From the IMG/VR virus record IMGVR_UViG_3300032281_000691, positions 1 through 32,396 of that record: DNA of 32,396 bases. One strand, 5' to 3'. The translations under genes and the position numbers were made by a program. This DNA comes from a virus. Taxonomy: Duplodnaviria; Caudoviricetes. Shown one piece after another: positions 16,871 to 25,421 of the stretch. The notes beneath the pieces were generated by a model. It was not told the DNA's origin, did no database searches, and saw nothing but the letters and a program-made list of their open reading frames with translations. Each line of letters begins with the position of its first letter. Positions within the stretch are counted from its first letter, which is position 1.

Positions 16871-17848
16871 TCAATTCAACTTATTTTCAGGAACAACCAT
16901 AGATCTAAATGTAGGATTGGGATCGATGGATGTTACCTCAGATTGTAACACATCTGGTGTAGTAGTTTGCATAAAACTTTCAAAATTTTCATCAGATTGT
17001 ACAGGAATAGTCTCCACTATTGGTTTATCATCCTGCGGAAGAGAAGAAGTGGGTTCAACCTTTATTAGTTTTCCAACCGGAAGTCCTTCCTTTACTCTGC
17101 GATCATAATCTTCTGCTCTTGCCTTGCCCATTTCAATTAATTTTTCCGTAGGCATTTCATATATCTTTTCACCCTTTTCGTTTATAGTACCATTTCTACA
17201 ACCACATCCTCGCTTTTTCTCTTGCGCTGATTGCGGATAATCATGTGGTCCTACTTGATATCCTTTCTGAATAGACTTTACTACATAACTAAGTCCTTCA
17301 GGTTGAACCTTGGGATTATTAGCCTCATTGCGTAATGTTTTAGCATAACCAGAACTATAATACCAAGTAATTTCTGTATCCTTCTTTATATCCGTCAACG
17401 CATAGAATCTATAAAGTTTAAATGCATTGTCCTGTACAATATAAGCATTTGGTTTTTCAGAATGATTGTAAATTGAACCATTTCCAAACATTACCGCCAT
17501 GCTCTTACCATTCTTTTGACATATATTGCAATTGCAATCCCATGTCATAGCATAACGATGAAGTGCTTGATCTTTATTATTAGACCAAGTAGTGTCTAGT
17601 AATAAGACTGGAAATTCTTCAATGACATCACCAGCACTTATGTCTTCGTTTGCAAATACACCATAACCACTTATATTAGACTTTCCAATATAAGTCTTAT
17701 TGATGAACCTTTCCTTTTTTGCGTAACTATTTGTATTGTAATCGAATGAACCATGATAATGCGAATGACTAGTATATTCTGGTTCAGTTTCCATAACCTG
17801 TATGTTGTTATTGCCAGTAAGACCCGAATTTGTATTATTTTCACTCAT
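16871..17848 (-). CDS. SET-domain protein (putative protein lysine methyltransferase)
   Basis: SET motif I SNISGYGVFANEDISAG, motif III YNHSEKPN, motif IV ALTDIKKDTEITWYY; CNCNIC insert; GCGC downstream; low-complexity C-terminus. Confidence 0.88.
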   Translation of the reverse strand: MSENNTNSGLTGNNNIQVMETEPEYTSHSHYHGSFDYNTNSYAKKERFINKTYIGKSNISGYGVFANEDISAGDVIEEFPVLLLDTTWSNNKDQALHRYAMTWDCNCNICQKNGKSMAVMFGNGSIYNHSEKPNAYIVQDNAFKLYRFYALTDIKKDTEITWYYSSGYAKTLRNEANNPKVQPEGLSYVVKSIQKGYQVGPHDYPQSAQEKKRGCGCRNGTINEKGEKIYEMPTEKLIEMGKARAEDYDRRVKEGLPVGKLIKVEPTSSLPQDDKPIVETIPVQSDENFESFMQTTTPDVLQSEVTSIDPNPTFRSMVVPENKLN

Positions 17849-18900
17849 AGTGTTAAACTCTCCATATATAAATCTTTAATAATAATTTTTAACTTAGTTT
17901 TGTCTGATATATGTTCTAAATTATCGATCTCTTTATTTATAATTGATATAGTATCCTCTGATATGTCTATATCTATTGGATTTTGCTTATCTGTATATTC
18001 TTCAACTATTGTTAATTGTTGAGGATTTAATGTATAAATTGCATCAATGAACTTATCAAATGCAAATGGTTTTGTTTTATTTGAAACAATGATCTTGATG
18101 AAACCATTTTTATATTGAGAAAAATCAGTAGAGATTATAGAATCAATACCATCCTGTGTGGAATCATCATATTTAATTAAATGGAATATCTTATTAGGAT
18201 TTTTAATAAATTCAATATTTCTAGTTTTTGTATCTAAAACATGAAATCCCTTTGGACTATTCATATCCCCAAAATTCAATTCATATTGAGTACCGAGATA
18301 ATGAATATTACCATTATTCTGCTTCAAATGAAAATGACCAGATAAAACTAATTCAAATCTTTCAAATATTGATTTATTTAATCCAGATGGATGGACAACA
18401 CCATTCATTACCTGAAAACCACTAATCTCAAAATGTCCTCCAATAATTGGACATTTACAAGATTTAATAAAATCTAAACATTCCTTTTCGTTATCTTTTG
18501 CAACCCAAGGAATAATTCCAATACATAATCCATCATAATCGATTGCTGTTGGTGTTTCTACAATAGTAACAATATCTGATTCATTCAAAAAAAGTTCATT
18601 AATAGAATTTAAACTATTAGTATTTTTATAATAAGTATCATGATTACCAATAGTAATATGAGTTTTTATACCATTATCAATGAGTGGTTTGAAGAATCGT
18701 TTTCTTACTTGAGAAAGTGTATTAAAATTTACAAACTTCCTGCGATCTAAAAGATCACCAAGATGAATTACATTTTTAATGTTATTTTCTTTAAGATATG
18801 GAAAGAATATCTTCTCAAAGAAATCTAAAGATTGATCTAGAAAAAATGGAGAATCGTTTCTAATACCAAAATGCGTATCATTTATTATTGCAATTTTCAT
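17845..18900 (-). CDS. gp47: Recombination endonuclease nuclease subunit gp47 (Mre11/SbcD-like)
   Basis: DTHFG, HLGDLLDRRK, GNHDTYYKN, GHFE and SGHFH metallophosphoesterase motifs. Confidence 0.96.
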   Translation of the reverse strand: MKIAIINDTHFGIRNDSPFFLDQSLDFFEKIFFPYLKENNIKNVIHLGDLLDRRKFVNFNTLSQVRKRFFKPLIDNGIKTHITIGNHDTYYKNTNSLNSINELFLNESDIVTIVETPTAIDYDGLCIGIIPWVAKDNEKECLDFIKSCKCPIIGGHFEISGFQVMNGVVHPSGLNKSIFERFELVLSGHFHLKQNNGNIHYLGTQYELNFGDMNSPKGFHVLDTKTRNIEFIKNPNKIFHLIKYDDSTQDGIDSIISTDFSQYKNGFIKIIVSNKTKPFAFDKFIDAIYTLNPQQLTIVEEYTDKQNPIDIDISEDTISIINKEIDNLEHISDKTKLKIIIKDLYMESLTL

Positions 18901-19487
18901 TCAAATAACCTATTGGACTTACTTTTATTTTTCTTTTTTCTTTTCTTTCTTTGTTTTGGTTCTAGATTATTGAGATCTTGTTCACTTAGAAAGAAAGTCT
19001 TTTGTAAAAATTCCGTATAGGTGGAGGAACCCTGATTTTCCTTCAACCAGTCTACAAATTTACCATCTGGATCATTCATCTGCAAGGACTTATATTTTAT
19101 ATAAGCTTGTTTTTTTTCTTTTTCTATACGTCTCAGAAATGCATAATAAATTATTTGAGTAAAGTATGAGAATGGATTTTTGGATTTCTTTGGATCAAAA
19201 TTATGAGCATATAGAAGACAGTTTTCTATACCATCACCGACCATATCTTCTCTAAATGGATAGTTAATAAAATTAGGTCTATAGGAAAGATGTTCAGCAA
19301 TCTTTAAAAAACATTCGGCAATATAATCTGTAACTGGGGGTCTACCCTCATCACATTCTTCTGCTTCTTTTACTTTCTTTTTCCAATCTGTCATTTCTTT
19401 ACAGAAACGCTGATTGTCAACATAATGTTTTAATGTTTTTGAATCTTCTATATCTTCTTCTTGTTTTGGTTTCTTTTTCTTTCCCAT
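18897..19487 (-). CDS. gp55: Late transcription sigma factor gp55
   Basis: HYVDNQRF, YIAECFLKIAEHLSYRPNFINY, MVGDGIENC, NPFSYFTQIIYYAFLRRIEKEKKQ. Confidence 0.96.
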   Translation of the reverse strand: MGKKKKPKQEEDIEDSKTLKHYVDNQRFCKEMTDWKKKVKEAEECDEGRPPVTDYIAECFLKIAEHLSYRPNFINYPFREDMVGDGIENCLLYAHNFDPKKSKNPFSYFTQIIYYAFLRRIEKEKKQAYIKYKSLQMNDPDGKFVDWLKENQGSSTYTEFLQKTFFLSEQDLNNLEPKQRKKRKKKNKSKSNRLFE

Positions 19488-19496
19488 AGTGACACT

Positions 19497-19524
19497 AGTA
19501 TACCTTCCATTATATAAAAATCAA
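19497..19524 (-). promoter_or_regulatory. Sigma70-type promoter for gp55 (near-leaderless)
   Basis: TTGATT (19519-19524), 16 nt, TATACT (19497-19502), 9 nt, ATG; no Shine-Dalgarno in the leader. Confidence 0.65.
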
Positions 19525-19542
19525 GAATCTTCTAAAAATTGG

Positions 19543-19571
19543 TTGACAATACTTGACAACCTCGTTACACT
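19543..19571 (+). promoter_or_regulatory. Near-consensus sigma70 promoter on the plus strand, divergent from gp55, with no downstream gene
   Basis: TTGACA (19543-19548), 17 nt, TACACT (19566-19571); a second TTGACA lies at 19553-19558. Confidence 0.65.
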
Positions 19572-19609
19572 GTCTGTGTGGGCTATGGAAAAGGATAATA
19601 GTAACTATA

Positions 19610-19655
19610 CTCTAAGAGCTCTAAAGCCCTCTGAGTACTCTAGAAACCACTTAAG
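19610..19655. repeat. Five degenerate CTCTRAG-like repeats at 9-10 bp period
   Basis: CTCTAAG (19610), CTCTAAAG (19619), CTCTGAG (19629), CTCTAG (19638), CACTTAAG (19648). Confidence 0.65.
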
Positions 19656-20316
19656 CATAGTCATCTGAATTAGGATCTGGGTTCCAATCGGAAAACTTAT
19701 TTCCGAAGTCTTTTCGATCCTTCTCATCCCCTGTAAACTTATTCTTCTTCTTTACTTCCTTGATCATTTTTTGTAGATCACGGGGATCTAAAATGCCAGA
19801 AGTAATAAGATTCATAATCATTTCAGGTGGGAAAACCATACTCATATAAATCATTTCCTGCCCGTTCATTTTTTCTGTACCCATTTCACTATCATCGCCT
19901 TCTAGTTTACCTAGAACTGAAGAATCTCCACCTGCACCACCACCAGGACCAAACTTCTCAAAGAGTTCGTTAAACATGTCTTCCATTTCTTTTTCTGCCA
20001 TTTCTCTATCTTCGTCAGTAACTACATTACTAGAAACGGCAGAAAGATTATCAAGTTGCTGCATGTAAATGGTTTTGCACTTTTGAGATGGTTCTATAAT
20101 TGAGGCAACATGACTACGGGGGATACTAATGGTTTTTTCGTCGCTATTATACAACCAATCCTTTAGAGTGGTCATATCATATGGTCTACCAGTCATATCC
20201 ATCATTGTAGTGAAACGAAATAACATGGGATTCGTAAGAGTGTATTTGCCCTTAGTCTCTGTTAGAATTGAAATAACCTCTTCACCGCTTTTTAATTTTA
20301 GTATTTTGCAATTCAT
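19651..20316 (-). CDS. Conserved hypothetical protein downstream of uvsW (Sm/SH3-like N-terminal domain, acidic C-terminus)
   Basis: KILKLKSGEEVIS...LTNPM...LKDWL pattern typical of the gene between uvsW and gp55 in aquatic T4-like phages; AGGAG RBS; ATGA overlap. Confidence 0.7.
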   Translation of the reverse strand: MNCKILKLKSGEEVISILTETKGKYTLTNPMLFRFTTMMDMTGRPYDMTTLKDWLYNSDEKTISIPRSHVASIIEPSQKCKTIYMQQLDNLSAVSSNVVTDEDREMAEKEMEDMFNELFEKFGPGGGAGGDSSVLGKLEGDDSEMGTEKMNGQEMIYMSMVFPPEMIMNLITSGILDPRDLQKMIKEVKKKNKFTGDEKDRKDFGNKFSDWNPDPNSDDYA

Positions 20317-21800
20317 GATGTCTCCTTTAGATTAATATTGACTACTTCGTAAGGGAATCTCTCATTACTATATAGGTTGATTCTTTCGTCCATGTGACGG
20401 AGAGAATGGTTACGGTACTTCTTCCATCGAAGATCGTCACCTATATCGTATATTGAAACTTTATCTTTCTTTTCACTCTTTCGCAATCCTCTACCTATCG
20501 ATTGTAAGACTCTAACTACCGATTTAGACGGTGATGTGAAAACGATATTGTGTATGTTCTTGATGTTAATTCCTGTACTACATGTGCCATAAGAAGCAAC
20601 AAGAATACTTCTTGATTGTTTATTTACAATTTGACGAATAGATTCCCTGTCATCCGCCTGTGTTTTTCCATGAATGAGATAGCAAGGATATTCAGAGTAT
20701 TGCTTTAGCCTTTTATACATTGGTATCCCATGTTTCTCAACAAAGTTAAATAGAACTAGAGTATTCCCTGTTAAGTTCTTACATAGTTGTTCTATAAAAT
20801 AATTTCTTTCTTCATTTGCAACTAACCATTGTATTTCATCTATGTACTTTGCTCTTTTAATTTCTTCAACTTTAGATTCTGGATACTTTAAAAGGATGCA
20901 GTTTATCTTTATATTCGATAAGAAATTTTGATCAATTAGATCCTTTGTTGTGGTGACACGGAAAACAGGACCAAATAAACCTTCTACGACTAATTTATGG
21001 ACATGCGTTCCATCTAGTGTTCCTGTAGTTCCAACTCTAAATTCACAACCTTTCATTTTATTCATTAAGGTAGTAAGTGATTTTGCTTTGAACAAATGAC
21101 ATTCATCTCCAAATACACAGAGAACATCTTTAAAGAATTCTTCTTTCATCTTATAGATGCTCTGCCAAGTTGAAATTATAACTCTTCTATTTGTCTCTTT
21201 TGGTTGACCGGAATATACCGCATGACAATTACGGAGAAATCCATCCTTATTTGAATAATCGTGGAAATCATTTGCCATTTGACCAACAAGACCGGTTGTT
21301 GGAACTACAATTAAAATTTTCTTATGTGGTGGAATTTTTTCTAAAAGATATCGAACACACATGTAAATTATCAAAGACTTACCACTTCCAGTCGGAGAGA
21401 TGAGTAATGTTCTTTGCTTCAATAATGCATGCTTTACTGCATCTTTTTGATATTCGTGTGGTTGTATTTCGCTACCATCACTATAGCATTTTGTTCTTTT
21501 AAAGAAGTCTTCTATATCTTGTTCGTTGAACTTTAAATTTAAATTCTGAACTGGTTCATATTGAAGTTTATATCCTCGCTCTTCGGCAAACTTAAACAAG
21601 TAGTCCAACAATCCAACATAAAGAGTATGAGTGAGAGTATTGAAAAGACGAATCTTTCCATCCCATAGTCTATTCTTATATGCTGGTGTAAATTGATAAT
21701 TAGGAACCGAGAAAGTGAAAAAGGAACTTATTTCCTTAGCAATGCTTTTTTCACAGTCGATTTTTAAATTAACGGCATCTACTTGTTTTACTTCAATCAT
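20313..21800 (-). CDS. uvsW: SF2 DNA helicase UvsW
   Basis: WDGKIRLF, SPTGSGKS, STWQS, GDECH, TTGTLDG, LQSIGRGLRK. Confidence 0.97.
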   Translation of the reverse strand: MIEVKQVDAVNLKIDCEKSIAKEISSFFTFSVPNYQFTPAYKNRLWDGKIRLFNTLTHTLYVGLLDYLFKFAEERGYKLQYEPVQNLNLKFNEQDIEDFFKRTKCYSDGSEIQPHEYQKDAVKHALLKQRTLLISPTGSGKSLIIYMCVRYLLEKIPPHKKILIVVPTTGLVGQMANDFHDYSNKDGFLRNCHAVYSGQPKETNRRVIISTWQSIYKMKEEFFKDVLCVFGDECHLFKAKSLTTLMNKMKGCEFRVGTTGTLDGTHVHKLVVEGLFGPVFRVTTTKDLIDQNFLSNIKINCILLKYPESKVEEIKRAKYIDEIQWLVANEERNYFIEQLCKNLTGNTLVLFNFVEKHGIPMYKRLKQYSEYPCYLIHGKTQADDRESIRQIVNKQSRSILVASYGTCSTGINIKNIHNIVFTSPSKSVVRVLQSIGRGLRKSEKKDKVSIYDIGDDLRWKKYRNHSLRHMDERINLYSNERFPYEVVNINLKETS

Positions 21801-22237
21801 TGTCCCTGTGTAAATTTAATCCAATCAATTGCAGAACGAATATTCCAATTCCTCTGAGAAATTACTTTAACAAGATTTTCTAGGTAGTTTACCTTTTCCT
21901 TTTGAAGTTCAACTTTATTTGAGATATCAATTATTTGTTGATCGCTATCGATGAATCTGTCTAGGTCTTGTCGAAGAAGTGCAAGATCAAATGGTTCCCA
22001 TCCTAGATCCTTTAATTGTTCATCTGACATCTTTCCAGAGTAATACAACCACTTGTTCTTCCTTACTATATTTAGATCAGATTCCAACTTCTTCAAAATC
22101 AGTTTCTCGTCCAACATAATAGATAGATACTTGTTATGAATTTGTGGTGTGCGAAGACTTTCAACATCCAAAGAAGATGGATCAATCTTCATATCTTGTT
22201 CAGCCATAGTTCGAATTTCACTTAGTTTAATTGACAT
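21797..22237 (-). CDS. uvsY: Recombination mediator UvsY
   Basis: ESLRTPQIHNKYL, KWLYYSGK, PFDL, RNWNIRSAIDWIKF; directly upstream of uvsW. Confidence 0.93.
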   Translation of the reverse strand: MSIKLSEIRTMAEQDMKIDPSSLDVESLRTPQIHNKYLSIMLDEKLILKKLESDLNIVRKNKWLYYSGKMSDEQLKDLGWEPFDLALLRQDLDRFIDSDQQIIDISNKVELQKEKVNYLENLVKVISQRNWNIRSAIDWIKFTQGQ

Positions 22238-22271
22238 GCTTAGATTATATCACATAATCGGCAGAAATCAA
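22238..22271 (-). promoter_or_regulatory. Sigma70-type promoter with extended -10 for a leaderless uvsY transcript
   Basis: TTGATT (22266-22271), 16 nt ending TGTGA, TATAAT (22244-22249), 6 nt, ATG. Confidence 0.78.
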
Positions 22272-22852
22272 GCGGCAGTTATACCTTGTATTTCATAATG
22301 AGTATACGAGAATGTAGCAGATGCTACAACTGCATCCACCGCAGGAAGTGTTGAATCAAAATCTATTCCGGTTAATGATATTGGAAATAAATTGTAAAAA
22401 TTAACATTTATGATTGGTTTATATGCACTGTTAAAAACAGTTAAAAGTGCAGAAGATACTTTTTGATGTTCTTTTAAAATATCAGAATATGCATTTGTAT
22501 CGTTAGATAAATCACGAATCCAATTGTATATTTCTAACCAATTTTTCATTTCTTCGTCAACTACAAACCCAATTGCTAAGTCACCAAATACATGTCTAGT
22601 TCCAGGTCTTTTTATATCAATTGCAGTAGGATTAGATTGAATGCTTATGCCCATTGATAATTCTGGTATATTTGCCCTTTGACAAAAATATGTAAATGTT
22701 GGACATCTATTGATTAAAAATAGAAACTTATTATTGGTTAGTTTATTTCTGTTTTCTGGTTGATATGGATTCTTTAGTAAGATATCTCCAGGTAATTGAT
22801 TTAACAAATCAATAGGTAAATTTCCAAGATATTCTAATATGTTATTTGACAT
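22268..22852 (-). CDS. gp3: Tail tube terminator / tail completion protein gp3
   Basis: FLFLINRCPTFTYFCQRANIP, FVVDEEMKNWLEIYNWI, FPISLTGIDFD; conserved gp23-gp3-uvsY-uvsW order. Confidence 0.9.
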   Translation of the reverse strand: MSNNILEYLGNLPIDLLNQLPGDILLKNPYQPENRNKLTNNKFLFLINRCPTFTYFCQRANIPELSMGISIQSNPTAIDIKRPGTRHVFGDLAIGFVVDEEMKNWLEIYNWIRDLSNDTNAYSDILKEHQKVSSALLTVFNSAYKPIINVNFYNLFPISLTGIDFDSTLPAVDAVVASATFSYTHYEIQGITAA

Positions 22853-22857
22853 ATAAG

Positions 22858-22865
22858 TATGTATA
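22858..22865 (-). promoter_or_regulatory. Variant late promoter TATACATA upstream of gp3
   Basis: TATACATA directly after the gp23 terminator and 5 nt before the gp3 ATG. Confidence 0.6.
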
Positions 22866-22897
22866 AAAAAACAGGGAGGGGTTTTGCCCCTCCCTGC
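22865..22897 (-). terminator. Rho-independent terminator after gp23
   Basis: Minus strand CAGGGAGGGG-CAAAA-CCCCTCCCTG followed by TTTTTTT. Confidence 0.95.
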
Positions 22898-22923
22898 TAC
22901 TGAACCTTATTCAGTCTTTGTTA

Positions 22924-24366
22924 TCAGACGATGTATCCGCCGGTCTGTCCGTGGAGATTATCAACGCGGAATAGACGGTAGTAAACATTGCTGTCTGAGT
23001 CTAGACCATCAGTACCAGTTTGATTTGCCCATGAGGTACGACCCTTAGCGAATGGGTTTGCAACCATTCCGTAACGAGTCTTGAAGCCAATCTTGGGTTG
23101 GAAGGTATCCTGATTTACTGCACGAACCATCTGTAGTGGAACATATGGGCAGTAGAAGAATCCTGCGTCATAAGGAGTTGAACCCTTATAACCAACGCAA
23201 ACGAAGTTCTGGTTGGTATTGACGAATGGATCGATGTAAACCTTCATCTTACCGGCAAGAATACCAGCGAAGACATTACCAGTGTCGTCAACATTTAGGT
23301 TGGCGGTCATGGCAGGAGCAAGGTTTAGGAAACCACCCATTGCTAGGGCGCTTGCAACATCTGCAGAGCAGATGATGAAGTTACCCTTGCCTCTACGGGT
23401 TTGCTTGGCGATAACATTTGCTTCGCGTTCAATCTGGAACATTAGACCACGGAAACGTTCTGCGCTCCAACGACCATCTGAGTCATTTAGGATGTCGTAG
23501 ATACCACCAGTACCGCTTGAGTAGTTAGCAAGGTCTGGTTGCTTGCAACCGGTCTTTGCAACATGGTACATTGCACGGATAATTTCGCGGTTGATTTCGT
23601 TGAGGATTTCGGTGCTAAGAATATTAGCAAGTTCTGCCTCAGCGTCAAGTCCGTGAACGGCCTTGAGGTCTTGTGCAAGTTCGGTGGTGTACTCTGCCTT
23701 TAGTGCTCTGGTCTTTGCTTCCACGGCAACACGCTCAATGCTGAATGCCATTTGCTGGAATGATGGAGTACCAGTGCCGAGGTTTTCTGCATTTGCAGTT
23801 GAGAAACCACGGAAGGTTGAAAGTGGGTCATTCGCACCAGATCGAGTTGGCCACTTAGCACCAGTTGGAGCACCATTTAGATTGAGGAATGTTCCACCTT
23901 CTAGTGGTGAGAATCCGAAGGTAATACCAGAAGTTGAACCTGAAGCACCAGCGAATGCTGGGAATGGTTCATCGAAGTGTGATTCAAACCCGGCCTGTGA
24001 ATCATACTTGCTACGCATTGCAAAGATAAGTCCGGTTGGAGCAGTCATTGGCTGCACACCGCAAATATCATATGCAACAACATTAGGCATTGCACGACGA
24101 ACTAGTGAGATTAGAATTGGATCATAACCTGCTAGCGAAGTGTTGGTTGCCGATGAAACAGTAGGAACTGAGAATGCACCACCCATTGCGTTGACTGGGG
24201 CTTCAACTAGGTACTGTTCTCTCATTGCATTCTTCTGGTTTTCTAGAAGAACTGCAGTGACTCTCTTCTTGTGAATGTCATTAATTTCTTCGAGTTCCTT
24301 GTGATCTAGCACAGGACTCCACTTTTCTACTAAAGTATCATACGGGGTTGTCGAATTAAAATCCAT
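22924..24366 (-). CDS. gp23: Major capsid protein gp23
   Basis: LVEKWSPVL, LISLVRRAMP, GVQPMTAPTGLIFAMRS, RALKAEYTTELAQDLKAVHGLDAEAEL, FYCPYVPL, FQPKIGFKTRYG; AAGGAG RBS; LVE/A candidate gp21 cleavage site. Confidence 0.99.
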   Translation of the reverse strand: MDFNSTTPYDTLVEKWSPVLDHKELEEINDIHKKRVTAVLLENQKNAMREQYLVEAPVNAMGGAFSVPTVSSATNTSLAGYDPILISLVRRAMPNVVAYDICGVQPMTAPTGLIFAMRSKYDSQAGFESHFDEPFPAFAGASGSTSGITFGFSPLEGGTFLNLNGAPTGAKWPTRSGANDPLSTFRGFSTANAENLGTGTPSFQQMAFSIERVAVEAKTRALKAEYTTELAQDLKAVHGLDAEAELANILSTEILNEINREIIRAMYHVAKTGCKQPDLANYSSGTGGIYDILNDSDGRWSAERFRGLMFQIEREANVIAKQTRRGKGNFIICSADVASALAMGGFLNLAPAMTANLNVDDTGNVFAGILAGKMKVYIDPFVNTNQNFVCVGYKGSTPYDAGFFYCPYVPLQMVRAVNQDTFQPKIGFKTRYGMVANPFAKGRTSWANQTGTDGLDSDSNVYYRLFRVDNLHGQTGGYIV

Positions 24367-24392
24367 CTCTATTTCTCCTTGTTATTTATTTA

Positions 24393-25355
24393 TTATTTTG
24401 CTGTTTTACGATTTGTTAACTTAAGCTGGTTGCTGATGCTATGGATATACGCATCCATCATAGGATCCGCACCAGCTGGTTTTCTATTTACATCTGTAGT
24501 TTCTTCGGTTAAAAGTGATCCAGTATATTCTGGAGAACCTTCAGATCCGAAATACGATTCTTTCAAAAGTTCGATCTTTTCACGATATTGATCTACACTA
24601 TTGAATTCAATATTTTCTGAAAGTTTTGCTAGTTTCTCAATTTGAGTATCTGCAAGACCTCTGCTCATTTCAACAAATGATTCAGCACACTCATGAGCAA
24701 GAACCTTATTCTTTAGATCAATATTTTCTTTTAGTGTGTGATTTAATTGTTCTTCAAGGTCTGAATTTGACGCAAATAGATCATCTAAAACATCATATTT
24801 TTCTTGTGGTACATCAATGAAACTATTTTCAAATAGTTCTTTGAGTCCCATCATAAAGTTTTCTGCAATTTCAGTTCTGAAACCACTTTCGACTGCAAGT
24901 TTATTTTCTTGCATCCATTCTTCAACAACATATGAAAGATATTCGTCCATATGATTAGTTAATGCTTCGGTAATTGATTCAATATTTTCTTCAATTACTT
25001 CCTTGCTTGCTTCAAGAATTGATTGTTCAATCAGTGAAATTTTTTCTGAAAGTGCTGCTTCAAAGACTACTTTGAATTTTTCAACAAACTCAGGTGATGC
25101 TTCGGTAGATTCGAATAGCGCATTTAAAGTATCTGAAATGTCAAGTTCTAGTTGTTCCATTTCTGATTCTTCATTAATGCTATCATCTGCATCATCTGAT
25201 TCGTCTTGTCCGCCAGTTGGTTGTGCCCCGCCTGGTTTTAGTGAAGCCATGTTAGCGGCCGCCGCATTGAATGCTCTTGCACCGTCGAGAGTGCCTAGTT
25301 TTGCACCTCGACCCGATCCATCGTTATATAAATTTGTATCTTCGTATTCTGACAC
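24393..25355 (-). CDS. gp22: Prohead core scaffold protein gp22
   Basis: VFEAAL, YLSYVVEEWMQENKLAVESGFRTEIAENFM, LKESYF, MDAYI; GTG start with GGAGG RBS. Confidence 0.93.
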   Translation of the reverse strand: MSEYEDTNLYNDGSGRGAKLGTLDGARAFNAAAANMASLKPGGAQPTGGQDESDDADDSINEESEMEQLELDISDTLNALFESTEASPEFVEKFKVVFEAALSEKISLIEQSILEASKEVIEENIESITEALTNHMDEYLSYVVEEWMQENKLAVESGFRTEIAENFMMGLKELFENSFIDVPQEKYDVLDDLFASNSDLEEQLNHTLKENIDLKNKVLAHECAESFVEMSRGLADTQIEKLAKLSENIEFNSVDQYREKIELLKESYFGSEGSPEYTGSLLTEETTDVNRKPAGADPMMDAYIHSISNQLKLTNRKTAK

Positions 25356-25421
25356 TTTGACCTCCGTTTTTTAATATTTAGTAATATCTATTTTTTGACA
25401 ATATAAACGACTGTACACACC

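Noticed and set aside
22853-22923. Absence of gp24 (vertex protein) after gp23
   Set aside because: The gp23-gp3-uvsY-uvsW order without gp24 is usual in non-enteric T4-like phages such as cyanophages.
25395-25421. Plus-strand TTGACA in the gp21-gp22 gap
   Set aside because: No acceptable -10 box at 16-18 nt spacing.
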